IMG/VR virus record: IMGVR_UViG_3300047548_001122
Coordinates: 150,238 to 214,237 of that record
DNA length: 64,000 bases
Direction: 5' to 3' (one strand)
Shown here: positions 38,612 to 48,132 of the stretch, piece by piece
Position numbering within the stretch: position 1 is the first letter of the stretch
Layout of the letters: every line of letters starts with the position of its first letter
Notes under the pieces: model-generated
Seen by the model: only the letters and a program-made list of their open reading frames with translations
The model's database searches: none
What the model was told of the DNA's origin: nothing
Position numbers and translations under genes: made by a program

Positions 38612-39049
38612 ATGCTGCAAGATCAAGACGAAATAAACCTCAAGGTAGATGTAAGCGTACTTAAAGAAAAAGTATCGACACTCACAATACTTTGTGATAA
38701 AATGGACAGAGTAATTGAAAAGTTGGCAGACAGTCAACTAGATTTGTCATCACAAATTTATAGAGATATGGAAAAAAGAAAAGAAGAAACTGTTGGTGAC
38801 ATTAAAGAATTACATTCTAGAATTACTACCGTCGATAGAAATTTATCCGATAAGATTGAACTTACCGAACGTAGAATTATGGATGAAATTAAATCTTTAC
38901 GTGACCACATTACCGAACATAATCAAAAAGAAGATGATGCCATGCAAACCCTTACCCAATGGAAATGGATGATTGCTGGTGGTGTCATCATATTGGCATG
39001 GGTAATTTCCAACATAAAATTTGAATCTTTGGTAAAGTTATTTTTATAA
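38612..39049 (+). CDS. Coiled-coil protein with C-terminal TM
   Basis: Heptad pattern; WKWMIAGGVIILAWVI. Confidence 0.65.
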   Translation: MLQDQDEINLKVDVSVLKEKVSTLTILCDKMDRVIEKLADSQLDLSSQIYRDMEKRKEETVGDIKELHSRITTVDRNLSDKIELTERRIMDEIKSLRDHITEHNQKEDDAMQTLTQWKWMIAGGVIILAWVISNIKFESLVKLFL

Positions 39050-39050
39050 C

Positions 39051-39079
39051 TTGATATAGATTTGTTTTTGTGTTATAAT
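39051..39079 (+). promoter_or_regulatory. Sigma70-type promoter upstream of primase
   Basis: TTGATA-17bp-TATAAT with TG extension. Confidence 0.65.
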
Positions 39080-39105
39080 TTGATTTTGAGAAAAAATTTA
39101 TTGTT

Positions 39106-40137
39106 ATGTCCTTGTCTATTGATACAAAATATGTTCGCCTAATCTCCTCTCGTCTGAGGAATTTTAAACAGAAGAATGACAACCTGTTTAATTTCTCTTG
39201 TAATTTTTGTGGTGATTCACAGAAAAACAAAACTAAGGCTCGAGGATATGTTTTCGAAAAAGCTGGTGGTCTTTTCTATAGATGCCACAATTGTGGTATA
39301 AGTACAAATGTTGCCAATCTCATCAAACATACAGATGCCGCTTTATACCAAGAATATATTATGGAGCGATACAAGTCTGGCGAATCGGGTAACTCCAATT
39401 ACCAAAAGCCAACTTTCGATATACCGCAACCAAAGTTCGATAAAGTTAAAAAGCAAACTGTATTCGAATATGCAGAACCCATTTCAAAACTCCCAAGTGG
39501 ACATTTTTGTTTAACATACGTACAAAAAAGAAAGATACCCGAAAGGTTCTACGATAAGTTATACTTTACTACAAATTATGAAAAGTTCATCAAGACTTTA
39601 ATACCTGATTGTGAAAAAGAATTAACGAAAGACGCAAGACTTGTAATTCCTTTTTATAATGAGTATAATGAGTTAATTGCTGTAACTGGTCGATCACTTG
39701 AATCTGGTAATAAAACACTTCGTTATGTAACTGTGCGAACAAATGATTCTACAAATAAATTATTGTATGGCATGGACACCGTTGATTTGAATGAGCCCGT
39801 AAAGATTGTTGAAGGACAGATAGATTCTCTGTTTCTAAATAATTGTGTTGCATCAGGTGACGGTAATCTATCAATCGCTGCAAAAAATATTGATTGTAAG
39901 AAAAAGATTTTAATTTTTGATAATGAAAAAAGAAATCGTGAAATTTTGAAGATGATGCAGGATGCAATCAAATTAGGTCATGATATTGTTATTTGGCCTG
40001 ATTCTATTGAACCCAAAGATATTAATGAAATGGTTATGTCGGGTATTTCACCTCTCGAAATTGAAGAAATTATAAGTAATAACACATTTTCTGGTTTGGA
40101 AGCTCAGACTAGATTTACATTTTGGAAGAAAATATAA
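39106..40137 (+). CDS. 61: DNA primase (gp61)
   Basis: CNFCGDS..CHNCG zinc finger; VEGQIDSLF; FDNE; KDINEM TOPRIM. Confidence 0.95.
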   Translation: MSLSIDTKYVRLISSRLRNFKQKNDNLFNFSCNFCGDSQKNKTKARGYVFEKAGGLFYRCHNCGISTNVANLIKHTDAALYQEYIMERYKSGESGNSNYQKPTFDIPQPKFDKVKKQTVFEYAEPISKLPSGHFCLTYVQKRKIPERFYDKLYFTTNYEKFIKTLIPDCEKELTKDARLVIPFYNEYNELIAVTGRSLESGNKTLRYVTVRTNDSTNKLLYGMDTVDLNEPVKIVEGQIDSLFLNNCVASGDGNLSIAAKNIDCKKKILIFDNEKRNREILKMMQDAIKLGHDIVIWPDSIEPKDINEMVMSGISPLEIEEIISNNTFSGLEAQTRFTFWKKI

Positions 40138-40799
40138 TGAAAGTTGAATTGATTAGTTATTCGCAACCTGAAGTTCGTTTTGTTGAAAACACCACAGAAT
40201 TGGTTGCATTTTGTGCTAGAGTATCAAACCCTAGTAATCAAATGAATAAAGAAACAAGTGAGAAGCTGATTCGTTATTTAATTAAACATCAACACTGGTC
40301 ACCACTTGAGATGGTCAGTATGTGTTTGGAAATTGAAACGACCCGTGACATTGCAAGACAAATTCTTCGTCACCGTAGTTTCAGTTTTCAAGAGTTTAGT
40401 CAACGATATGCTGACCCAACTGCTGAACTAGATGAAACATTTGTTTATCGTGAAGCAAGACTACAAGATGTAAAGAATCGTCAGAACAGTATTGAAACAG
40501 ATGATGATTATTTGCAAGAAAGATGGGAAGCAGAACAGGCTTCTGTTATTCTACAATCGATGAAGTCCTATAAATGGGCTATTGATAATGGTATTGCCAA
40601 AGAACAAGCCAGAGCAGTTCTACCTGAAGGCTTGACCAAATCACGTTTGTATATGAATGGAACCTTGCGTAGTTGGATACACTATATACAACTCCGTTCC
40701 GCAAACGGCACACAGAAAGAACACATGGAAATTGCACATAAATGTGCAGAAGTAATCGCCAAAGTATTTCCTATGGCGAATGAATTTATAGAAAAATAA
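40137..40799 (+). CDS. thyX: Flavin-dependent thymidylate synthase
   Basis: HWSPLE, RHRSFSFQEFSQRY motif. Confidence 0.96.
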   Translation: MKVELISYSQPEVRFVENTTELVAFCARVSNPSNQMNKETSEKLIRYLIKHQHWSPLEMVSMCLEIETTRDIARQILRHRSFSFQEFSQRYADPTAELDETFVYREARLQDVKNRQNSIETDDDYLQERWEAEQASVILQSMKSYKWAIDNGIAKEQARAVLPEGLTKSRLYMNGTLRSWIHYIQLRSANGTQKEHMEIAHKCAEVIAKVFPMANEFIEK

Positions 40800-40816
40800 T
40801 AACTGGAGCAGAATTA

Positions 40817-42613
40817 ATGGAAAATATCATCAATGGTATTACGGTAGACTATTCACGCGATAATTTGTTTGATGAATTAGGAATTAAACGATTAAAAGAA
40901 TCGTACATGAAAGAAGAAGAAAACTCTCCGCAAGAAAGGTTTGCATATGTATCAAAAGCTTTTAGTAGTAATCCAGAACATGCACAAAGACTTTATGATT
41001 ATAGCAGCAAGCATTGGCTTAGTTATTCTACTCCCATTCTTAGTTTTGGCCGTTCTAAGCGCGGTTTGCCTATCTCTTGTTTCTTACCTTATTTGGATGA
41101 TAGTGCTGAAGGCTTGGTCAATACGTTATCAGAAGTCAACTGGCTTTCAATGTTAGGAGGAGGAGTTGGAATTGGACTTGGTATACGATCCGCTGACGAT
41201 AAAAGTGTTGGCATCATGCCTCACTTGCGTACTTACGATGCTAGTAGTTTGGCTTATAGACAGGGGAGAACACGCCGTGGCTCCTATGCTGCTTACCTTG
41301 ATGTGTCTCATCCCGACATTCTTATCTTCTTAGAGATGCGTAAGCCTACGGGCGATCAGAATATGCGCTGTTTGAATTTACACCATGGAATTAACATTAC
41401 AGATAAATTCATGCAATTAATTCAAACGTGCATGGAAGATCATCACGCTGATGATACATGGGAACTTGTTGATCCACACTCAGGTGAAGTAAGAGATAAA
41501 GTTTCTGCTCGTGAATTGTGGCAACGTATACTTGAAATGCGTATGATGACTGGTGAACCATATCTACACTTCATCGATACAAGTAATCGTATGATGCCAG
41601 AGTTTCAAAAGAAAAAAGGACTGAGTATCAAGCAATCAAACTTGTGTAGTGAAATTATTTTACCAACTGATAAAGATCGAACGGCAGTTTGTTGCTTATC
41701 GTCTGTTAATTTGGAGTATTATGATGAATGGAAAGATAGTGAACTTTTTCTTCGGGACATTGCAGAGATGCTGGATAACGTACTTCAGTACTTTATTGAC
41801 AATGCTCCTAGCCATATCAGCAGAGCGAGGTTCTCTGCTGAGCAGGAGCGCAGCATTGGTGTGGGCGCTCTCGGTTTTCATGCTTATTTACAGAGAAATA
41901 ATATACCGTTTGAATCGGCGTTAGCAACAAGTGCTAACAATAAAATGTTTAGTCACATACGAAAAGGATTAGATCATGCAAATATTGAATTGGGTAAAGA
42001 ACGTGGTGAAGCACCCGATGCTGTGGGTACCGGTTTCCGTTTCTCTCATCTTATGGCTATCGCACCAAATGCTTCTAGCTCCATTATTATGGGTAACACT
42101 AGTCCTAGTGTCGAGCCTTACCGTGCTAATGCTTACAGGCAAGATACTCTATCTGGTGCTCACCTCAATAAAAACAAATTCCTAGATAAAATTATTCAGG
42201 AGAAATGTAATGCAGACACAAAACTGGATTACCAAGAAATCTGGTCATCTATCATTGCTAACGACGGTTCCGTCCAACATTTGGAATTCTTGGATGAATG
42301 GACAAAAGATGTCTACAAAACTAGTATGGAAATTGACCAAAGATGGATTGTGGACCACGCAGCTAACAGACAAAATTACATTGACCAGGCGCAATCCATT
42401 AACACCTTTTTTAGACCTGATGTAAATGTCAAGTATCTACACGCAGTACATTTTCAAGCCTGGAAACAGGGGTTAAAGACATTGTATTACTGCCGCAGTG
42501 AAAAATTAGCTAAAGCTGATAAGGTTTCAAAACGAATAGAAAGAAAAGTTATTGAAGAAATCGATTTGAAAGCCTTAGCAACTGAAGATGTTTGTTTAGC
42601 TTGCGAAGGGTAA
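40817..42613 (+). CDS. nrdA: Class I ribonucleotide reductase alpha subunit (no ATP cone)
   Basis: PISCF, GGGVG, SNLCSEI, APNASS, KTLYY, C-terminal CLACEG. Confidence 0.96.
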   Translation: MENIINGITVDYSRDNLFDELGIKRLKESYMKEEENSPQERFAYVSKAFSSNPEHAQRLYDYSSKHWLSYSTPILSFGRSKRGLPISCFLPYLDDSAEGLVNTLSEVNWLSMLGGGVGIGLGIRSADDKSVGIMPHLRTYDASSLAYRQGRTRRGSYAAYLDVSHPDILIFLEMRKPTGDQNMRCLNLHHGINITDKFMQLIQTCMEDHHADDTWELVDPHSGEVRDKVSARELWQRILEMRMMTGEPYLHFIDTSNRMMPEFQKKKGLSIKQSNLCSEIILPTDKDRTAVCCLSSVNLEYYDEWKDSELFLRDIAEMLDNVLQYFIDNAPSHISRARFSAEQERSIGVGALGFHAYLQRNNIPFESALATSANNKMFSHIRKGLDHANIELGKERGEAPDAVGTGFRFSHLMAIAPNASSSIIMGNTSPSVEPYRANAYRQDTLSGAHLNKNKFLDKIIQEKCNADTKLDYQEIWSSIIANDGSVQHLEFLDEWTKDVYKTSMEIDQRWIVDHAANRQNYIDQAQSINTFFRPDVNVKYLHAVHFQAWKQGLKTLYYCRSEKLAKADKVSKRIERKVIEEIDLKALATEDVCLACEG

Positions 42614-42624
42614 ACTGAAATAAA

Positions 42625-43263
42625 GTGGCCACGATTGGTTTATTTGTTCAACACCCTAAATGTTCAGTTCAATCGTGCAATGGTATAATCAAAGCACTTG
42701 GATCAGATTACACATATAAATTATTTACTAAACATGAAATCGAAAACGACTTTTTCAATTCTGTGGACCTCGTATGCTTTCCTGGTGGTGTCGGTGATAG
42801 TGATGCTTATGACACATATTTTAAATCTAATGGGCGTCTTATCACCGACTACATCAAAAATGGTGGAAGATATCTTGGTATCTGTATGGGTGCCTACTGG
42901 GCTGGTCCTGATTATTTTAATATTTTGTACGGATCCAGACCAACGCAATACATCAAACGACCAAACACTTGCACAAGAAGGTCATATTCAAAAGCAGTGG
43001 AATGTAACTGGAATGGCACACAAGATAGATTCTTCTTTTACGATGGACCTGCATTTGTCGGAAATTCAGAATACTTCGAAACAGTTGCACGATATAAAAA
43101 TGGTGACGCAGCAGCAATAATTCAAGGAAATATAGGTTTAATTGGTCCACACTTAGAAGCAGAAGAGTATTGGTACGATAAACCATATTTGCACAGACAT
43201 TGGAATGAAGGCAGACATCATGGTTTGTTGAAAAAATTTGTAGACAAATTAATGGAGAAATGA
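42625..43263 (+). CDS. BPL_N-like class I glutamine-amidotransferase-fold protein
   Basis: FPGG, YLGICMGAY (nucleophile elbow), GPHLE. Confidence 0.75.
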   Translation: MATIGLFVQHPKCSVQSCNGIIKALGSDYTYKLFTKHEIENDFFNSVDLVCFPGGVGDSDAYDTYFKSNGRLITDYIKNGGRYLGICMGAYWAGPDYFNILYGSRPTQYIKRPNTCTRRSYSKAVECNWNGTQDRFFFYDGPAFVGNSEYFETVARYKNGDAAAIIQGNIGLIGPHLEAEEYWYDKPYLHRHWNEGRHHGLLKKFVDKLMEK

Positions 43264-43445
43264 TATGATTGGTGAGTTATTACTTGCTGGATTCATATCA
43301 GCATTAGGATGGATGAGTGCTAATTGGACCGTGGATAAATTAATGTCTGAGAAAACAGAAACACAGATTTGTTCAGAGTGGAAAGAAGAACTTCAGTCAG
43401 ACGGTACAATTCAACGAACAAGAACCTGTAACCCTAAAAAATAAA

Positions 43446-44081
43446 ATGGCACATTTAGTAGCGAACTTACCACCAGTACATTGTTATGTGCGAAAAGAAT
43501 TTTTATATGACTTTCAAAAAGGACACGGAGAGTATGAACCGTGTATATGGGTATCGATTAAAAGTATTCGTGGTCAAGCATTTAGAATAGAAAGTTATTT
43601 ACCAAACTATGGAGCACTTTATGACAAACTACCTCTCCATGCGTATGTATCACGCACAGAGAATCTTGACCCTACAAAGTTTTTACCTTTAGATACATTG
43701 CAAATTTGGGATTGCTTTAGTTACGATTTTACTATTATACAAAAACCGTTTCTAAGAAATCTTTCTGCAAAGTTTTATGCAAAAGATAAAAATTTTTATC
43801 AAGGTAATTATATGTTCACTGTAGACCACTCTGCACCAGACTTTAATATCATTGATACGAGTTATGCGGAATGGCCAGAAGATCATAAGAGTTTTAATTT
43901 CTTAGAAATGGATAATGGACAATATGCTGCACAACCAAACAATCGTTGTTTATTTTTTGATGCGGCAAGTAATCCAAAAGAATTAAAGTTTCCAGATTTT
44001 AAAGTTTGTACTAAAAAATATGTAGTTGAACAAAATCCAAAATGGGCACTAGGTGACACAGACACCGTAATGTATGAATAG
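43446..44081 (+). CDS. Conserved phage hypothetical protein
   Basis: ANLPP..VRKEFLYD..LQIWDCFSY..HKSFN..NGQYAAQPNNR. Confidence 0.7.
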   Translation: MAHLVANLPPVHCYVRKEFLYDFQKGHGEYEPCIWVSIKSIRGQAFRIESYLPNYGALYDKLPLHAYVSRTENLDPTKFLPLDTLQIWDCFSYDFTIIQKPFLRNLSAKFYAKDKNFYQGNYMFTVDHSAPDFNIIDTSYAEWPEDHKSFNFLEMDNGQYAAQPNNRCLFFDAASNPKELKFPDFKVCTKKYVVEQNPKWALGDTDTVMYE

Positions 44082-44220
44082 GAGAAAATATGGCTAAGCA
44101 AAGTGGAACATCAAAACACAAATCGGTACACAAAAGAACTAAACAAGGTGGTCAGAAAAAAACATCATCTATGAATAAAACTGAAAAAAGAACTTATAAA
44201 AAATATAGAGGACAAGGACG

Positions 44221-44466
44221 ATGAAAAAAATATTAAGATTCACAGCATCATGGTGTGGTCCATGTAAGTCACTAGCAAAAACACTAGAACAAATCGAAAC
44301 AAATATACCTATTGAAGTGATTGATATTGACGTTCATCCTGAAATCGCAACTGAATTTGGAATACGTGGAGTTCCAACTCTCGTTATGATGGAAGATAAT
44401 GTCGCAACAAAAAGAATAGTAGGAAGTCAAACAATACAAGAATTAGAGGCATTCATCCATGATTAA
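44221..44466 (+). CDS. trxA: Thioredoxin
   Basis: WCGPC, GVPT. Confidence 0.93.
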   Translation: MKKILRFTASWCGPCKSLAKTLEQIETNIPIEVIDIDVHPEIATEFGIRGVPTLVMMEDNVATKRIVGSQTIQELEAFIHD

Positions 44467-45451
44467 AAAGCAAAATACAAAATTAACAGACGAAAGAACC
44501 GCATTTAAACCCTTTGCTTATCCTTGGGCTTACAATGCATGGTTGCAACACGAACAGGCTCATTGGCTTCATTCTGAAGTTCCTATGATTGAAGATGTAA
44601 AAGATTGGAAAAATAAATTAACAACAGAACAAAAACAATTTTTAACACACATCTTTAGATTTTTTACGCAAGGTGACATTGATGTGGCTGGTGGATATGT
44701 TAAAAACTATTTACCATATTTTCCACAACCAGAAGTTCGTATGATGTTACTTGGTTTTGCTGCTCGTGAAGCTTTACATATCGCAGCATACTCACACTTG
44801 ATTGAAACATTAGGACTGCCTGACACAATGTACAATCAATTCTTAGAATATCAGGCAATGAGGGACAAACATGATTATGTTCTTGGTCTTAGCGCACAGA
44901 ATGGCGATGCTGCTTCTACTGCTACTCACATTGCAGTATTCTCTGCTTTCACCGAAGGGATGCAACTATTCAGTTCCTTTATCATGTTACTTAACTTCCC
45001 ACGCCACGGTGCGATGAAAGGTATGGGACAAATCGTTACTTGGTCTATCGTCGATGAAACGATGCATGCCGAGAATATGATTAAATTATTTCGTACATAT
45101 ATTGAAGAGAACAAAGAAATTTGGAACGATGATTTAAAATCGAGAATATATACTATTGCAGAGAAAATGGTTGAACTAGAGGACAAGTTCATTGATTTAG
45201 CATTTGAGATGGGTCCTATGGAGAATCTAGATGCAAAAGATGTTAAGTCTTATATTCGCTATATTGCTGACCGCAGGCTTATTTCTCTTGGTCTTAAAGG
45301 GATTTTTAAAGTAAAGAAAAATCCTTTACCTTGGGTCGAAGAAATGATTAATGCACCAATTCACGGCAATTTCTTTGAGAATCGTGTAACAGATTATGCA
45401 AAAGGTGCTTTATCTGGTCAGTGGGATGATGTATGGGGTAAAGCCGCATAA
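44459..45451 (+). CDS. nrdB: Class I ribonucleotide reductase beta subunit
   Basis: FFTQGD, REALHIAAYS, EGMQLFSSF, DETMH, NFFENRVTDY. Confidence 0.96.
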   Translation: MIKKQNTKLTDERTAFKPFAYPWAYNAWLQHEQAHWLHSEVPMIEDVKDWKNKLTTEQKQFLTHIFRFFTQGDIDVAGGYVKNYLPYFPQPEVRMMLLGFAAREALHIAAYSHLIETLGLPDTMYNQFLEYQAMRDKHDYVLGLSAQNGDAASTATHIAVFSAFTEGMQLFSSFIMLLNFPRHGAMKGMGQIVTWSIVDETMHAENMIKLFRTYIEENKEIWNDDLKSRIYTIAEKMVELEDKFIDLAFEMGPMENLDAKDVKSYIRYIADRRLISLGLKGIFKVKKNPLPWVEEMINAPIHGNFFENRVTDYAKGALSGQWDDVWGKAA

Positions 45452-45452
45452 T

Positions 45453-45564
45453 ACTAAATATGAAGTCTGATTATCTTCGATGGTCGGACTATTAAAAAAA
45501 ATTTCAAATTGTGACAATCCCGTTACAGTTGAATTGTTTTAGTAGTCTAACCATAGGAGATAAT
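45453..45564 (+). promoter_or_regulatory. Late-type promoter plus structured pstS leader
   Basis: ACTAAATA, hairpin 45464-45490 and long hairpin 45486-45548 sharing GGACT; SD AGGAG at 45555. Confidence 0.55.
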
Positions 45565-46575
45565 ATGAAGAAGTTTTTAACATCTTTTCTATTCGCAGTA
45601 TCTTCAGTTGCATCGGCAGTAGATATAACTGGAGCAGGCGCAACATTTCCATTTCCAATCTATGCAAAGTGGGCTGAAGCATACAAAGCACAAACTGGCA
45701 TTGGTCTGAATTATCAATCAATAGGTTCAGGTGGTGGCATCAAACAAATCAAATCAAAAACAGTTGATTTTGGTGCCTCTGACATGCCGTTGAAATTAGA
45801 AGAACTTGATAAAGAAGGTCTTGTACAATTCCCAGCAATTATTGGTGGTGTTGTTCCCGTAGTAAATGTTGAAGGTGTTAAACCTGGACAATTGAAATTA
45901 ACAAGTGAAATTATCTCATCGATTTATCTGGGCAAAATTACAAAATGGAATGATAAATTAATCGTAGATTTAAATCCTGATGTAAAATTACCCAACCAAA
46001 GTATTACAGTTGTGCATCGTTCAGATGGTTCCGGCACTACATTTCTATTCACAAATTGGTTGAGCAAAACTAATAGTGATTGGAAAACAAATGTAGGTGA
46101 AGGCACCGCTGTAAAATGGCCTACAGGTATTGGTGGTAAAGGTAATGAAGGTGTTGCGTCGATGATTATGCAAGCAAAAGGTAGTATTGGTTATGTAGAA
46201 TATGCATACGCTAAAAAGAATAAGTTGTCACACACATTATTGAAGAATCGTGATGGTAAATTTGTGGAACCTGATGATGAAACATTCAAATCTGCAGCAA
46301 GTAATGCAGAGTGGTCGACAACAAATGGAATGTATAACATATTAACCGATCAAAGTGGAAAAAATAGTTGGCCAATTACAGGAGCATCTTATATCTTAAT
46401 GCATCGCCAACAACAAGATCCACTAGTCGGCAAAGCAGTTTTAAAGTTTTTTAGTTGGGCGTATAACAATGGTTCTGGAATGGCGACAGAATTAGATTAT
46501 GTGCCTTTACCAAAAGAAGTAGTATCAAAAGTCCGTGTGGAGTGGACAAAATTTAACCTAGGAGAAATTAAATGA
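45565..46575 (+). CDS. pstS: Phosphate ABC transporter substrate-binding protein
   Basis: Signal peptide; GAGATFP, GSGGG, DFGASD, RSDGSGTT, GYVE, WPI; ATG with SD at 45565. Confidence 0.97.
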   Translation: MKKFLTSFLFAVSSVASAVDITGAGATFPFPIYAKWAEAYKAQTGIGLNYQSIGSGGGIKQIKSKTVDFGASDMPLKLEELDKEGLVQFPAIIGGVVPVVNVEGVKPGQLKLTSEIISSIYLGKITKWNDKLIVDLNPDVKLPNQSITVVHRSDGSGTTFLFTNWLSKTNSDWKTNVGEGTAVKWPTGIGGKGNEGVASMIMQAKGSIGYVEYAYAKKNKLSHTLLKNRDGKFVEPDDETFKSAASNAEWSTTNGMYNILTDQSGKNSWPITGASYILMHRQQQDPLVGKAVLKFFSWAYNNGSGMATELDYVPLPKEVVSKVRVEWTKFNLGEIK

Positions 46576-47141
46576 AATTAGTAAAAACATTATCACTAAC
46601 ATTATTATTAATCACAGGACTTGCTCAAGCACAAAACAAAGGTTATACAAGTTTAGAATACTACGACGAACATAATCGTGCAACTAATGCTGATAACATT
46701 GCAGGTGCGATAGTTGTTGGTATCAAAACAACTGATAATTGGGATTATAGTTTGAAAGCTTCTGGTAGTCAAACAGAGTTGGGAAATGGTTCTATCAGTA
46801 CAGCAATAGAAACACGTATACGTAAAAATTTTCCAAAAGCATTGGGTGTTCTTTCACCATGGGTTGGAATTCGTTTAGGAGAATCAATCAAATCTTCGGA
46901 ACATTTTAGTTATTATGCTGCTGAAGGTGGCGTAAAGTTTCCATTATTTGGTAATTTTAGTGGCGATGTTGGATATCGTTACAGAGATGCTTTTACTCAT
47001 GATTCTTACAAAACAGACCGAGTTTATGGTCTAGTAAGTTATGCTCTAACCAAGCAAGATAGTATTGCTGTACGTTTTTCACGTAGTTATGGTGATGAAG
47101 AAAAAGATGTATGGCGTTTGAATTACACACGTTCATTCTAA
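46572..47141 (+). CDS. Small outer-membrane beta-barrel/porin-like protein
   Basis: Signal peptide, alternating amphipathic strands, C-terminal YTRSF BAM signal; coupled to pstS. Confidence 0.7.
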   Translation: MKLVKTLSLTLLLITGLAQAQNKGYTSLEYYDEHNRATNADNIAGAIVVGIKTTDNWDYSLKASGSQTELGNGSISTAIETRIRKNFPKALGVLSPWVGIRLGESIKSSEHFSYYAAEGGVKFPLFGNFSGDVGYRYRDAFTHDSYKTDRVYGLVSYALTKQDSIAVRFSRSYGDEEKDVWRLNYTRSF

Positions 47142-47156
47142 TAAATGAAAGTTGAT

Positions 47157-47180
47157 AAAGCCCCGAAAGGGGCTTTTTTT
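47157..47180 (+). terminator. Intrinsic terminator
   Basis: AAAGCCCC-GAAA-GGGGCTTT + T run. Confidence 0.9.
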
Positions 47181-47182
47181 CG

Positions 47183-47190
47183 TCTAAATA
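47183..47190 (+). promoter_or_regulatory. T4-type late promoter
   Basis: TCTAAATA directly after the terminator, before iscA. Confidence 0.55.
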
Positions 47191-47209
47191 AAGATCAAAG
47201 GAGAAACAT

Positions 47210-47530
47210 ATGATAACAATGACCGAACTTGCATCGAGAAAAACTAAATTATCACTCGAAAAAAGAGGCAAAGGCTTAGGAATAAAAGTTGGTGTAAGAA
47301 CTACAGGTTGTAGTGGTCTAGCATATGTTCTCGAATATGTGGATTCACCATTGGAAACGGATACTATATACGAGTCCAATGGTGTTAAAATTTTTGTTGA
47401 TCCAAAAAATATTCCTTATCTAGAAGGTATGGAAATAGATTGGAAAAGAAATGGACTTAACGAAGGTTTCGACTTCATCAACTCTCTCGAAAAAGCAAGA
47501 TGTGGTTGTGGCGAGAGTTTCACTGTTTAA
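47210..47530 (+). CDS. iscA: Fe-S carrier IscA
   Basis: TTGCSGLAY, GLNEGF, CGCGESF. Confidence 0.95.
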   Translation: MITMTELASRKTKLSLEKRGKGLGIKVGVRTTGCSGLAYVLEYVDSPLETDTIYESNGVKIFVDPKNIPYLEGMEIDWKRNGLNEGFDFINSLEKARCGCGESFTV

Positions 47531-47539
47531 GGAGAAAGT

Positions 47540-47983
47540 ATGAAAAAGTTTTATTCTTTGGTTGGATTTTTATTTCTTTGTTTAGTTTTACCCGTATCAG
47601 CAAAAACTCCACAAGGTGTCATGTATGATGCACAAATCGTCCGTGTAAACGATGGTGATACCGTAGTTATTGCTGCACCTTTTTTACCACAACCTTTGAA
47701 ACCAGAATTGGCAGTTAGAATTTATGGTGTAGATACACCAGAAAAAGGACACAGAGCGCAATGCCCTAGTGAAGATCAAAGGGGTCAAGCTGCAACAGTT
47801 TTTACAAAAAATGCTGTTGCTAAATCCCTAAAACGTCAAGTTATTTTATATGGTTGGGATAAATTTGGTGGTCGTGTATTAGGTGATATTGTTTTAGATG
47901 GACAAAGTTTACGTGCAATGTTAATTCAAAATGGGTTTGCTCGCGAATACTTTGGTGAAGCAAAGCAATCATGGTGTAATTAA
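47540..47983 (+). CDS. Thermonuclease (SNase-like), with signal peptide
   Basis: DGDT, RIYGVDTPE, DKFGGRVLG. Confidence 0.9.
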   Translation: MKKFYSLVGFLFLCLVLPVSAKTPQGVMYDAQIVRVNDGDTVVIAAPFLPQPLKPELAVRIYGVDTPEKGHRAQCPSEDQRGQAATVFTKNAVAKSLKRQVILYGWDKFGGRVLGDIVLDGQSLRAMLIQNGFAREYFGEAKQSWCN

Positions 47984-48132
47984 TGGCTTCGTTGAAACAC
48001 CATTGCGAGGCCTGTTCCTCAGAATTCACTATTCGTTATGATGAATCTGCTTGTGAGGATGATCCACACTTTTGCCCCTTCTGCGGCGAATATTTAATTG
48101 AGACAGAAGATTTTGATGATGAAGATGAATGA
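47983..48132 (+). CDS. Small zinc-ribbon protein
   Basis: Translated by hand: CEAC..CPFCG, acidic tail. Confidence 0.6.
   Translation: MASLKHHCEACSSEFTIRYDESACEDDPHFCPFCGEYLIETEDFDDEDE

Noticed and set aside
4666-45451. Introns or inteins in gp43, gp41, nrdA, nrdB or thyX
   Set aside because: The ORFs are continuous and of normal length, with no intein motifs.
45509-45528. Canonical Pho-box promoter for pstS
   Set aside because: The better match is on the opposite strand and coincides with a hairpin stem; kept only as an alternative explanation.
45511-45564. GTG start of pstS at 45511 given by the ORF track
   Set aside because: ATG 45565 has an AGGAG SD and begins a proper signal peptide.
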